In this document: in pieces, positions 25,010 through 36,161 of the stretch
Position numbering within the stretch: position 1 is the first letter of the stretch
Layout of the letters: the number at the start of each line of letters is the position of its first letter
Assembly: GCA_040285855.1 (NCBI GenBank)
Contig: JAUFOQ010000016.1
Span: 1,488,001-1,552,000, forward strand
From: Eukaryota sp. GEM-RC1
Lineage: Eukaryota
Reading direction: 5' to 3'
Length of the DNA stretch: 64,000 nucleotides
Notes under the pieces: generated by a model
Seen by the model: the letters and a program-made list of their open reading frames with translations, nothing else
What the model was told of the DNA's origin: nothing
Databases searched by the model: none
Position numbers and translations under genes: made by a program

Positions 25010-25300
25010 GAACAATCTATAAGGACTCCGTCTTTGCCAAAATGCTCTCAGACTCAGGACTCATGGAATAACATGGCTACGAAACCTATCTCCGCTTGTT
25101 TAACAACATGGCTAATTTTATGAGAAAGAGAAACAGCATTATATTCCTTGATGTGACTCCACAGGAATCTCTTGACAGAATTAATTAAACAAGAGAATTA
25201 AACGAGATTTTGAGTCCAGTGTTTCTCTAGAGTATTTCCAGAGCCTCTATGATGTATATCATGTGTTTGTCGAGTTATTCCAGTTATTTTTGAAGATATT
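25010..25300 (+). pseudogene. Deoxynucleoside kinase C-terminal pseudogene fragment
   Basis: KDSVFAKMLSDSGLME*HGYETYLRLFNNMANFMRKRNSIIFLDVTPQESLDRIN*...ESSVSLEYFQSLY; in-frame stops and no P-loop seen. Confidence 0.7.
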
Positions 25301-25329
25301 GCTTGAATATAATCTTAATTTTAACAGCA

Positions 25330-26060
25330 GACGACAGCTTTTTATGATAAATAAACCAACAAACTATTGCTAAACACTAAATCATCAGCAAATAGCAATA
25401 ATCTCTCACATATCTGCCAAATGGATGGATGAGAGAAGGAGAGAACTAGTGTTAACGGAGAGGGCGATATAAGAGCGAGAAAGGTCAAGGACGGACCTGA
25501 AAGTACCAATATAGGAAAGGGGAAAGGCTGCAACTTCAAAACCAGCAGTTAGTTACAGACATCATCAGGGGAGATGTTCATAAGAATCAGATGGTCATTT
25601 CAAGCCCATCAACAAGGGACAACTTTAGAACACTGTCAAGGAGCTCCAGGGGTTTGTTCCATACAATGTAAACAGATCTTTATTGTTTTGTGAAATAAAA
25701 GCTATGACTGACGTGCATCTACTGATGAGACTAGTGGGTTATCATTGTTTATCAAGCAGGAGAGAAAGGGATTCAAGTACACAATGAGAAATCTGACATC
25801 ATTCATGATGTTTTAGTGAACAAATAAGAGCTGGGAATGAAGTTTACAAGACAGAAAGTACATCTGTGATGACTGAAGGAGCATCATCCCAAAGGAAGAA
25901 TTTCAAAACACTACTGAAGTCGTCGTCCGTTTTATCACTGTTAGTGATGTCAGGAATTTCAGGATGTTGAGAAAGAGATTCATGAATGTAAAGTAGGAGA
26001 GAAACACCACGATGGAATCATCCCACAGTCAAGGGGAGAAAGTCAGTCAGTCCCAAATTC
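25330..26060 (-). pseudogene. Decayed gene, possibly BTB/POZ-domain
   Basis: TDFSPLTVG*FHRGVSLLLYIHESL...FSSVLKFFL with stops and frame changes. Confidence 0.3.
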
Positions 26061-26334
26061 CACTAGCAGGGATTGTATACTGTAGCTACCATATACAAAG
26101 ACGTTGCCACTAAGTCAAAGTTTGAATTAAGATGATTAAGATGACCCATCGTAAATCTTATTCATTCTTCTAGCGAGACCATTGGGATCATTCAAACAAT
26201 TCTGAGAACAACAACCTCTAGTCTACTGTACCTATTTACCAAAAGATTCTAATCATTGATGTAAAATATTTTTCTGAAAGTAACCTGTAGTTGAAATACA
26301 AGAAAATCCACAATATTTCATAAATTTCTTGAAC

Positions 26335-28132
26335 ATGACTACCACGACCTCCACGGTCACGTGTTCACTTGCCAAGTTTTTTGACCCGCCAGCTCGGGCA
26401 GTGATGAACAGGCAATTTCGGTACCTTCGAGACGTTGCTGTTCACTCAACTTTACTGGCCCGGGTGTTTGTGCTCCAGCACCCCCACTTAGCACGCTGGT
26501 TGACTGACCAGCGTTTCTGGTACCAGTGCTTTGGGTTCGTTGCTCACTCTGAGCCGAAAGTAAACCGCCCCTTTGAGAACGACAATGGAGTGTACACTGC
26601 ACTGCATCTGTCGTCGAGTCTTCCGCCAGTATCCATTTGGCCGTTCCCCCCTCTTGGCCGACACAAAACGACACGCTGGTGTCACTCACAACTCTTGAGT
26701 GATAGGTCACGCCAGTTGTCTGAAGCTTTTCAACAACTGATGGCCGATGGTCCAGTCAGTTGGAAGCTGAACTTCTTCCGGACCGCTGCTGTATTCCTCG
26801 ACTGCCCGACCCCTAAGGGATACGCTTCTGCTGTCGTACGTGGTGCTCAACCTGGAGCATCACTGCAGCAATGGTGGAATGCTCATCACCAACAAACTCT
26901 GGCCACCTTTAATCACTTAGTCGGGGATGTTGTCCTGTTCAATAATCTATTGACAGAACGGTCTGTTGCCCTGAATGAAACGAACGCCTCATTTCTATTC
27001 GCAGCTGGATTGAACCTGTTGTCTGCTCTCGAGGATGCTGCGCCAGATTGTATGCGCCGCCATGCTCTAGTTCCAATGGCCAGCTATGCTCCAGTGTTTG
27101 TATCATTCTCTCAGGAAGTGGAGAAACACTTCAGAGAGTTCAACTTCTCAAGGACTCTCAAAAGTAACCCACTGAAAACGTTTAGAAAACGCCCCCGTTT
27201 CCAGACTTACACCCTGGCCTCTGATGGTGTAAGTTTGAGGATAATTTTTCCACAAAGCCGAAAAAACAAGGAACCGTACTACCAAGGAGCAGTTTGAGTC
27301 AAGGAGGGCAAGTGGCTCCGAAGACTTCAAGGTTAAGTCCCGAAAGAGAAAGTGTAACCTACAGAAGAAAGTGGCTCCGTTACGACGACGTGCGAGAACA
27401 GCTGATTTCGAACCTCCTCCTGATGAAGATTGGTTATGGTGTGCAATTGATCCCAACCACAGTAACCTATGTGGTTGGTCTATTGGAACCAACACTGACT
27501 ATTTATTGGACTCTGGGATTACACTGGCACCAAAAGCCAAGGCTATCAATACTGTTATGTTTGGTGCTTTGAGCAACTCTACGTCAAACACCTATTCCGT
27601 TCAGAACATGTACCTGTATCTGCTCGAGATATCGACCACTATTGTTGATCAAAATATGAGTAAGAACAGTCTAGAACGGTGTTTATTAAATGGGAACAGA
27701 CCCAACCTACGGAGAAACAAGTTCGATTTCTTCATAAGAAAACAGAAACGATTTGATTTATTTGCTCAAAATTTGAAAAATATGGCACAAGGAAGCCAAA
27801 TCAGAGTTTGGTTTGGGACAGGAGGTGCTAGCCCATCTAGGCAGCAAGTGAAGTCTCCAAGAAAGGGATTCCTTGAATATCTCAAAAGATTCTTTCCCGT
27901 TATTATGGGCGATGAATACTTCACTTCCGCAAAAACTAACTGCTGTAAAGTGAGGCATCAGTTGATATATCATGAAGTTGATGGAGTAAGAAGAGTGAAT
28001 CACGCCATATTTCGATGTCCAACATGTGCTCAGGTTTGGTCAAGAGATATTTCTGCCTCCAGAAATCAACTTGAGATCGCTATAGAGGGTTACTTATTTG
28101 GAACTAGGCCTGAAGCTTTCCAACGTACTTAA
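26335..28132 (+). CDS. Fanzor (eukaryotic TnpB-like RNA-guided RuvC endonuclease), Fanzor1-like, ~600 aa; one +1 frameshift at ~27245-27297
   Basis: N-terminal TVTCSL, SDGVSL strand, RuvC-I WCAIDPNHSN, RuvC-II GDEYFTSAK, zinc finger NCC...RCPTC, RuvC-III WSRDISASRN, terminal RPEAF; 5' half visibly more GC-rich than its flanks. Confidence 0.88.
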
Positions 28133-28236
28133 TTATCTATGTATTGGCCGATGAAGTTCAAGTTACCTTGAATGGAGGCCGTAATGTGGTGCTTCAGCAG
28201 AAAAGGGATGTATATGAAGAAGCTTTCTTTGAAAGT
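28110..28236 (+). ncRNA. Candidate Fanzor omegaRNA scaffold
   Basis: Nested stems CTGAAGC(28110-16)/GCTTCAG(28191-97), GGCC/GGCC and TTCAAG-TTAC-CTTGAA, plus a CTTTC-TTT-GAAAG hairpin; overlaps the ORF 3' end as in TnpB/Fanzor loci. Confidence 0.5.
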
Positions 28237-28292
28237 GTAAAGTATGCATTTCTTGGAAAATCCACAGTAGACAGCTCCTCTATTGAAACTTG

Positions 28293-29685
28293 ATGAACTC
28301 GGACGATGCTTCTTTAATTCATACTGTTGCTACTCTCTCAATTGATTCTTCTCCTGATTTTGCAACTATTTTTGAGTCATTTTCTTTACTCAATTCCGAA
28401 AGCTCCAACAGTGATATTCTCAAGGCTATAGTTACTGTTCGACACATTTTGGCCTCTGAAGACAGTACTCATCTTGAAACAAATATATCTATTTGTATCA
28501 ATCTTGGACTCATTCCCAAACTCATTGATTATCTAAAGAGTGATGATTCACTAATTCTTTTGAATCAGCCTGGGTATTAACCAATATTGCATGTTCATCA
28601 GAACCAGATCATATCCAAGCATTAATAGATTCCGGAATTCTGGCTGCACTCGCTAGTTGTATGGTGCACTCAACCGATGCGAATGTTAAAGACCAATGTT
28701 GCTGGGGACTAGGTAACATTGCTGGTGAGGATGCCCAGTGTGCAGGTCTGTTCCTTGAATCTGACTATATTAAAGCCATTGCTTTCACTGTTAACTGCTT
28801 TATCGAGGTTGGTGATTGGGAAGCTCTTTCTAATGCTGTATGGACTGTAATGAATATCTTTCGATGGAAGTTGTTTGATGACTTAGAGGTCTACATTCCT
28901 GTGGTATCTGCTTGTCATAACATTCTTCCTCTGCTTGACTCATTGCTTCGTAATGATTACATTTCGTTAGTAGAGTCATTTCTTTGGATCTTTGCTTTCT
29001 TAGCAGAACAGTTTGAAACGGTTTATGATTTGTTCATCACCAAAGAGATGGCCTTTTGTTTCGCTACATTGATACACCATTCTAACAACACTATTAGTTA
29101 TGTAGCATTTAGATTTCTTGGAAATCTCTTTACTGGATGGTGTCCCTTTGTAGTTGAAATTCTTGACAAGCTAGGCCTCGTGAGGTCTTTATTTAGCATG
29201 TTAGAGAACTCAACTAACATTTTCCACAAGAAGGAGGTGCTTTGGTTTTTCAATAATGTTATTTCAGACTCTCAGGAATCACTTCAGTTTTGTTTTGATA
29301 AGGACATCATTCCAGTGGTTATTAAATATCTTACTCATGGGGAACATTCTTTGTTCATGGAAAGTGGATTTTGTATATTGAATACGATTAATGACTGTTC
29401 TTATGAACAACTCATTTTTTGGCTCAAAAAAGTGTGTTTGCTGCTGTTATTCAAGGGTTGTCAAGACCTGATAAAAGAGCTGTTGGTCATTCTATCAGTA
29501 TTTTAACAATATTTGCTCGTCGATTGATTGAAGTACCAGAACCAGTTCCAAAAGAATTTCCTATTTTGAAAGCTCTCTTTAAAACAGCAAAGGTAATGGA
29601 GAATGTTAAAGAATTAGCAAATGACAGCAAATCAAATTGTACACTAGCACATGAGTTTCTTAAAGAGTTTTCGGCATTAGTTTAA
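28293..29685 (+). CDS. Importin-alpha-like ARM-repeat protein, paralog 1 (no IBB domain; frameshifts at ~28560 and ~29418)
   Basis: ESAWVLTNIA, DQCCWGLGNIAGE, LSNAVW, FRFLGNL and KKEVLWFFNN ARM motifs. Confidence 0.85.
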
Positions 29686-30498
29686 ATAAAGCAACATAAA
29701 AACAACAGCATCAACCACCTTTTGATCATCACAGGTTTGTGAATCGCAAAGTTATGATGTTTTTAAAATAATTCCCCTTAACATCTCTTTACTAGCAGTG
29801 AGTTCCTTATAAACTGAACAGTTTAGGAATCTAGTGAGTCAAAATGGTACCTAGATTTATTTTTGAGGAATGTATGTTTTTGTGTATTAATTTACAGTAT
29901 AAAATGGGAATTTCCCAACTAAAGTCAAAAATTCGACTTCAAAGGATTCTCATTTCACTTACTAGTAGTTATAAGGCGATATACCAAATTGTTCTGTGAC
30001 AACTACTGAACTGCTCATACTTGGGTAGTTTGTTTGATAGATTGTTTTAATAGTATTTAATTAAATTTTCATACATTTCTCGTTGTGTGTTTATCTTAGC
30101 ACATCAATCTCTCTCAATACTATAAACATGATGAGTGTCAAATCAGACTGAGAATTCATTCAAAATCGAATGATCAAAAACCAAATCTGATTGAATTCCG
30201 TGAACAATATCAGCGAATTCAAACAATCTTTGACAAAATGAGATTCAGTTTATCCTTTCTGATCTAACAGATGAACAGTGTTTCAAATCAATTAAGACCA
30301 AAGCTGTAAAAGAACTATGGTACCGTTGCTGAGGTGTAATGACCGTTTATGGAGATTGTAATTTCCATACAATTGAACTGGTTATCCACATACAAATTCG
30401 TAAACTCTCAAATAGTTTTTATCAATTTCTAGAACTGAACACTTAACTAATATTTAACCCAGTATTTGTACAACTATGCTCGGTACCCAGGATGGATA

Positions 30499-31390
30499 CA
30501 GGGATCGAAAAAATCAATTGTATTGCAATATATTGAAATAAATAATATTGCAATTAATATTGCACGTCTTTTGATGCGCAATATATTTATTGCAACACAG
30601 GGTTTATTGCAATATGTCACAACGAGATTTATGCAGAGTAACTCTAACAAGTCTTGTTCATAAGAACACTTTCTATTACTGCATATCCACTCCAAGTCCA
30701 AAAAAAGTTAAAAGGGGACCTACAGTTGGTTTCTACATCTCTATTGTCATCACTCAACACATACTTCAAGCATTGAGATTTGTGGAAACTGGTACATGTG
30801 TTTATTTAGGTATCAATAAAGACACGTTCCAAACATAGTGGCACCCAGCAATACAATTTATTTTTTTCGATCCCTGCCCAGAGTCTGTACCAGGAAGCGG
30901 GAAGTCTTATCTTGTAGTAGGTGGGACTGTAATGAACGTGGTATACGTACGTGACGAATCGCTAAAAAGTTCAAACACGTGTGTACATCACATCATAGGA
31001 ACTATTGAAGTAAATAAGTATTGATACCAACAGAAGAGCAAAGTAGAAAGATGGGTTGTGAAGTGTGAGCGTACATTATGATCAGAAGCGGTGTCAAGAT
31101 TTACAGTACGTTAAGAAGTATAATTAATGTTCTTATGCATGTATCTGAAAGGGTAACCGACTAAAAGCGCTGACGTTCTAGTAGTGGTTGATTTTCAGTC
31201 AGCAGGACGTCTCAATTTCTTACATTTTCACGAACCAAATTTTACCCAAAATATTGCAATATATTGCAATTATTTATTGCAATCATCTCAGTTTCCAATA
31301 TATTTATTGCAATGATCACATTTTCCAACACATTTTTTGTACATTTTTTATGCTAGAAATATATTGCAATATATTTTTTTTCGATCCCTG
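30499..31390. mobile_element. Non-autonomous hAT element
   Basis: TIR CAGGGATCGAAAAAA / TTTTTTCGATCCCTG; perfect 8-bp TSD GATGGATA (30491-98, 31391-98); ATTGCAAT subterminal repeats; extra internal TIR ending at 30876. Confidence 0.92.
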
Positions 31391-31562
31391 GATGGATAAC
31401 TTTCCCATGAGACTTCGAATTTGTAAAAACATATTACTAGTAATATGACATGCGTATTCTGATAAATGGAAGACTCAATGCGGTTTTTATGCAACGAAAT
31501 CAAAATGATTTAAGTCTAATTTCATACATTTCACGTTAGAGCATTCTTTGTTGACTTTATTA

Positions 31563-31855
31563 CACTGGATTGTCTTTTTAGTCTCATTGAGACTAATTCC
31601 AAAAAATGCCTGTATATTTTTCCAGTGAGACTGTAATATAACAAAACGCTCTTAATCCATCTAAACGGATCACAATATTTAGTCTCAGTTCAAAATTAGT
31701 CTCACTGAGACTAATTTATGTTTTGCGTCCTTTTGACATTTTAAAGGCAAATTTCGTTAGATAAAAATTATTCTGAGTGAGACTAATTTATGAATAGACC
31801 GTTTTGAAACTAGGTTATGAATTAGTTTCAGTGAGACTAATTGTTGTGACCAGTG
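31563..31855. mobile_element. MITE with CACTGG/CCAGTG ends, TA flanks and palindromic subterminal repeats
   Basis: TA|CACTGG...CCAGTG|TA; repeated AATTAGTCTCAnTGAGACTAATT-type palindromes at ~31578, 31694 and 31820. Confidence 0.75.
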
Positions 31856-32400
31856 TACTTCTCTATTTTTGTCTATTTCAGATGCCCTAGCTTCATGGAC
31901 CACTCTCATGTATCCCCATAACAAACCGATGCAGCATTTTGGTTTGGTTTAAGCCCGCATCGCTCGACCTGAGGACTCTGTTGATATTGCCTCCAACGAA
32001 GACAATGGGAATTCTGGTGGTATTGCCGACAGTGATCAGCTATAATTAGAAGTGGAATCTCTTTCAACAATTAAACATCACTCAGATGAACCTTGTTTTT
32101 GAATAATATAATGGAAAATATTCTGAGTGTTTTTATGGGACTAACATTTCCAATGATCAATGTTTTTCGCAATGAATAGTGGATTTGGTTTTAATAGTGT
32201 TTATTTATTTGTTATTTTCTTGTTGTGGGTTTTTCTCCGTACATAAATCCGTTTTTAACTAATAGTAAAGTAGTCTTCTAATTGATCTCATCAGATATAT
32301 ATTCTCCGTGAGACTAATTCTAAAATTGATGATGACAACATAGTCTCAGTGAGTCAACTAACTGGTGTCAAAACTGTTGTACTAAAATTCGCCTACATTC

Positions 32401-33858
32401 ATGGCTGCAGCTGGAGACGATACACACTTTGATGAAGTACTTGAGGAACTCAATGGTGTAACAATCCAATCCACGTCTCATTCTCAAGATGCTAATAGTC
32501 TTTCCACTCATGTATATATCCTAAAATCATCAACCATTGAATCACAGGTGCTTTCGGCTGTCAAAACAATCCGCCAAACGGTATCAACTATCAATGATTC
32601 TGACTTGGAAACCAACATCGCCTATTGTATCAACCAGTATGAAATCTACTCTTAATCTTATCTCAGGGGGGTCATTCCTTTCCTCACTTCACTTCTTGAA
32701 TCCTCTAATACAGAGCTGTGTTTTGAATCTGCCTGGGTCTTGACCAATTTTGCTAGTACTTCAAATTCTGCCCACACCCATTCTTTGATCAATGCTGGAG
32801 GTTTAGAAGCTCTCTTTAAATGCATGATCAACACTACACACACCAATATCAAAGATCAATGTTGCTGGGGATTAGGTAACATTGCTGGTGAGAATGCACA
32901 GTGTGCAGAACTTTTCTTAACTCATGATTACATTAAAGCCATTGCTTCTACTGCTCATCTCTTTATTGAATTAGATGATTGTATTCCTCTTTCTAATGCC
33001 ACGTGGGTTATGGCCAATATCTTCAGGTGGAAGTTGTTCGATGATCTGGACATCTACGCACCACTAGTAGAAGTGTGCAAAAAGATCTTTTCAATGATGT
33101 CTAAGTATATGGAAGGAGGATTCCACAGTTTAGTAGAATCTTTACTTTGGGTTTTTTGTTATCTTGGAGATGTCTTTGAACAATCATACCCCTATTATCT
33201 CACAAAGGAATTGACCTTTGCAATTGGAGCTTTAATTCATGATTCCAATGCAATCATAAGTAATGTTGCCTTGAGATTTATTGGCAATGTGTTCTCAGAT
33301 TGTTGTCCTTTTATAACAGAAATGGTGGATGACTTAGATCTAATTACTCCTCTTTGTAAAATTCTAGATCCTTCAGGTCCTTTAAAAAAGCGGAAAGAAG
33401 TTCTCTGGATTTTTAGTAATATATTGGCGGAGTCTGCAGAATGTGTAAACTTTTGTTTCAACAAGGGTCTCATTCCAATTATTATTAAATACCTTACCCA
33501 CGATGACCATTCTTTGTTCATGGAAAGTGGATGGTGTGTCTTAAATACTGTTGACCTTTGTTCTTATGAACAACTCATGATCTTGGCTCAAAAGAGCGTG
33601 TTTGGTGCTATTATTAAAGGATTGTCCAGGCCCAATATTAGAGCTGTAGAACATTCAATTAAAATTTTGTCAATATTTGCCCGTCGATTGGTTGAAGTCC
33701 GAGAACCAGTTCCAAAAGAACTTCCTATTTTGAAAGCTCTCTTTAAAACAGCAAAGGTTATGGAGAATGTTAAGGAAATAGCTGATGGTGACGATATCTA
33801 TTACAACATTCGCAATGCTGCTGATGAATTTCTTGTTGAATTTGCTTCATTGGCTTAA
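32401..33858 (+). CDS. Importin-alpha-like ARM-repeat protein, paralog 2; 30-nt intron at 32637-32666
   Basis: Removing GTATGAAATCTACTCTTAATCTTATCTCAG joins CINQ|GVIP...ESAWVLTNFAS...DQCCWGLGNIAGE in frame. Confidence 0.9.
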
Positions 33859-34009
33859 TTATTTGTAGACTATGATGTACTATTTATAGCAAACAGCACC
33901 TAGACTCTACAATAAATTTGTTACTGTTGCCATAATGTATTGTGAATCTTCTAACATCTTGGTGACGTAAGCCTTTGCATTGTTCAGCTATTAGCAATGA
34001 TTGAGTATT

Positions 34010-34425
34010 TCATCATAACAATACCGAACAGGCAGATCTCAGACGTTGAGACCGCCAAAGTGTCTAAGTATGGACATCAAGTTGCTGCATTGAATTCACA
34101 AAAACACAATAATATATAATATCGTCTTTCAGCCTTTTGCGGTTTCTTTGTACGGAAATTTCGGTTCTTCTGCCAAGGAGTTTTTAAATTTATTTGAAAA
34201 TTTGTGTTCAGAATTTGTAACAGATCGTACTGGAAGAGTGGATTTGCTTTTTCGATTTTTAGGTCTATGTACAGATATGTTGATTCCATTTTGTCCAAGT
34301 TGTTTGGAGGCAACTACATGTACTTTTCGGAATTAGGTAGTTCGTTTGATAATTTGTTTTAATAGTGTTTATTTCTTTGTTGTTTTCTTGATGTGCGTCT
34401 TTCTCCACACATAAATCCTTTTTTT
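34010..34425 (+). mobile_element. Non-LTR retrotransposon 3' relic
   Basis: FQPFAVSLYGNFGSSAKEFL motif; its 3' tail (34356-34425) is repeated at ~32189-32256. Confidence 0.55.
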
Positions 34426-34577
34426 GCTACAGTAGTTGTTGGGATCCAACTTAAATCTATTTATTTACAATCTTGATTAGTTCGTTGCTGTTTACTAGTA
34501 CGTTTGTTCAATCATTTATTTAAGCCATGACTGCATGGTTCTCAGTTACATTGAAATTCAAATGCTTCACTCAGAAT

Positions 34578-36072
34578 TAGTGTTGCACCTGGGCTAAGCC
34601 CTTTTGTTTCAGCCCACCCAATCAAATCACTAGCCAGCTCAGCTCAGCCCACAATTTCATCAGCCCAGCCCCCAGCCCAAACAAGTATACATTGATATAG
34701 TACAGTGGTGTGTAACTTTTTAGCTTATGGTTGTTCAGTTCTTTACATTTGCTATCAGAATAAACAATATATCCATATTGTCTGGTTGCAATATCAACTG
34801 AAAATACATGTAAATGTATAAACTAAATTAATCTACTTCACTTTCTTCATCATCATCAGGTTCTATTTTTTAAAGACTTCCTTTCTCGTAAACCTTGTTC
34901 AAACTCCACTTTCATCCAGTATCTCAAGCTCAATAAAGCTCTCAAAGACTCAGTGGAGAACTTATTTTGACTTTGGTGAAGTAACAGCAAACATGAGGTG
35001 GTGTGTCATCTATTATTGTTACGATGTCTTGGCGAGAGGGCATTACAACGAAAGCAAGATTGGGAATTTACTGAAAGAAATGAATTAGAGTTCATACAGT
35101 CTACACTGAAGTACAGTACATCACAACAAACAAATTGATTCATGTAATTAGTAGTTTATTCACAATAGTATCTTTTAACTATTGTAATGACTGTTGGTCA
35201 ATGGCATAACGATACTTACAAAGTTGATACATCTATGTACTGTTGATAAATGTTGCAATAAAAATAAAGAGTTGTATGCAGGGGCTGTCAAAATTGAATT
35301 GGACTTCCAATTATTGCCAAATAAATTATTGCAATAATTGATTGATGCCACTTACAGAATTGCCAATTAATTGCCAATTAATAAAGTCCACAAGAACATT
35401 AATGACTAGACTCGTTTTTATTGTAAAACAGAATAAATATTGTACAGAACATCAAGAATGACAAATCAGCCTTTCTTTACAATCATCAAACCCCATAACG
35501 CAAAACTTGGCATCTGTGACTTCTTCTATAACCCCTAATTTGACAATAGGCGATGTCAGAAAACATCTCTGTTTAACATTGTTCCCACTGCTCGGACTGT
35601 AATAATCTTCTGTCGGAAGGGTAGTCTGTATAAATGCAAGAGCATAAATTCTTGAAATGTAACATGTATCTTTGGGATATACTAGTAGTTGCATTTTGCA
35701 GTATTTACGATAAACACTAGAGTCTGTGGAAGACGAGGTGATTCATAATTAGTTTCTGTAAAATGTGGTCAGCCACATTCTCATTTCCTCAAATTTAGTA
35801 GTTTTTGGTGAGTTTCTACTATATTTATAAAAATTGGTTAATTGGCTTCAATTAATTGCAATTATTGCAATTATTGATTGGTACGGCTTTTGATGACCAA
35901 TTAATTGCCAATTCAATTTTGACAGCCCCTGGTTGTATGGGCTGAAGGGCTGAGCCCAGTGAATTGTCAAGCCGCCCGGGCTTAAGCCACAAACTCGCAA
36001 GACCAGTCCAATTGTACTGTAGACCGCCAGGCTGGGCGGCTGGGCTGGGGCTGAAATTGGTGCACAACACTA
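34578..36072 (-). mobile_element. hAT element (deletion derivative) with a transposase dimerisation-domain remnant
   Basis: Ends TAGTGTTG/CAACACTA; perfect TSD CTCAGAAT (34570-77, 36073-80); AGCCC/GGGCT subterminal repeats; minus-strand QNKFSTESLRALLSLRYWM at ~34915-34970. Confidence 0.9.
35279..35931. mobile_element. hAT-type MITE nested inside 34578-36072
   Basis: 24-bp perfect TIR CAGGGGCTGTCAAAATTGAATTGG; TSD GTTGTATG (35271-78, 35932-39). Confidence 0.95.
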
Positions 36073-36161
36073 CTCAGAATCTGTCCAACACTCAACACGT
36101 GTTAAATTTTTCCAACACCAAACTGAACCAATCATGGCTTTCAACATTCACACTCTTTCTA

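Noticed and set aside
27229..27292. GTAAGT as an intron donor repairing the Fanzor frameshift
   Set aside because: The nearest AG gives a 29-nt intron in the wrong frame. Frame-restoring acceptors need 58-64 nt and would delete the conserved DGVSL strand.
35964..36161. N-terminal extension of the Cys-rich protein ORF
   Set aside because: It runs through hAT subterminal repeats and the TSD; the signal peptide begins at ATG 36162.
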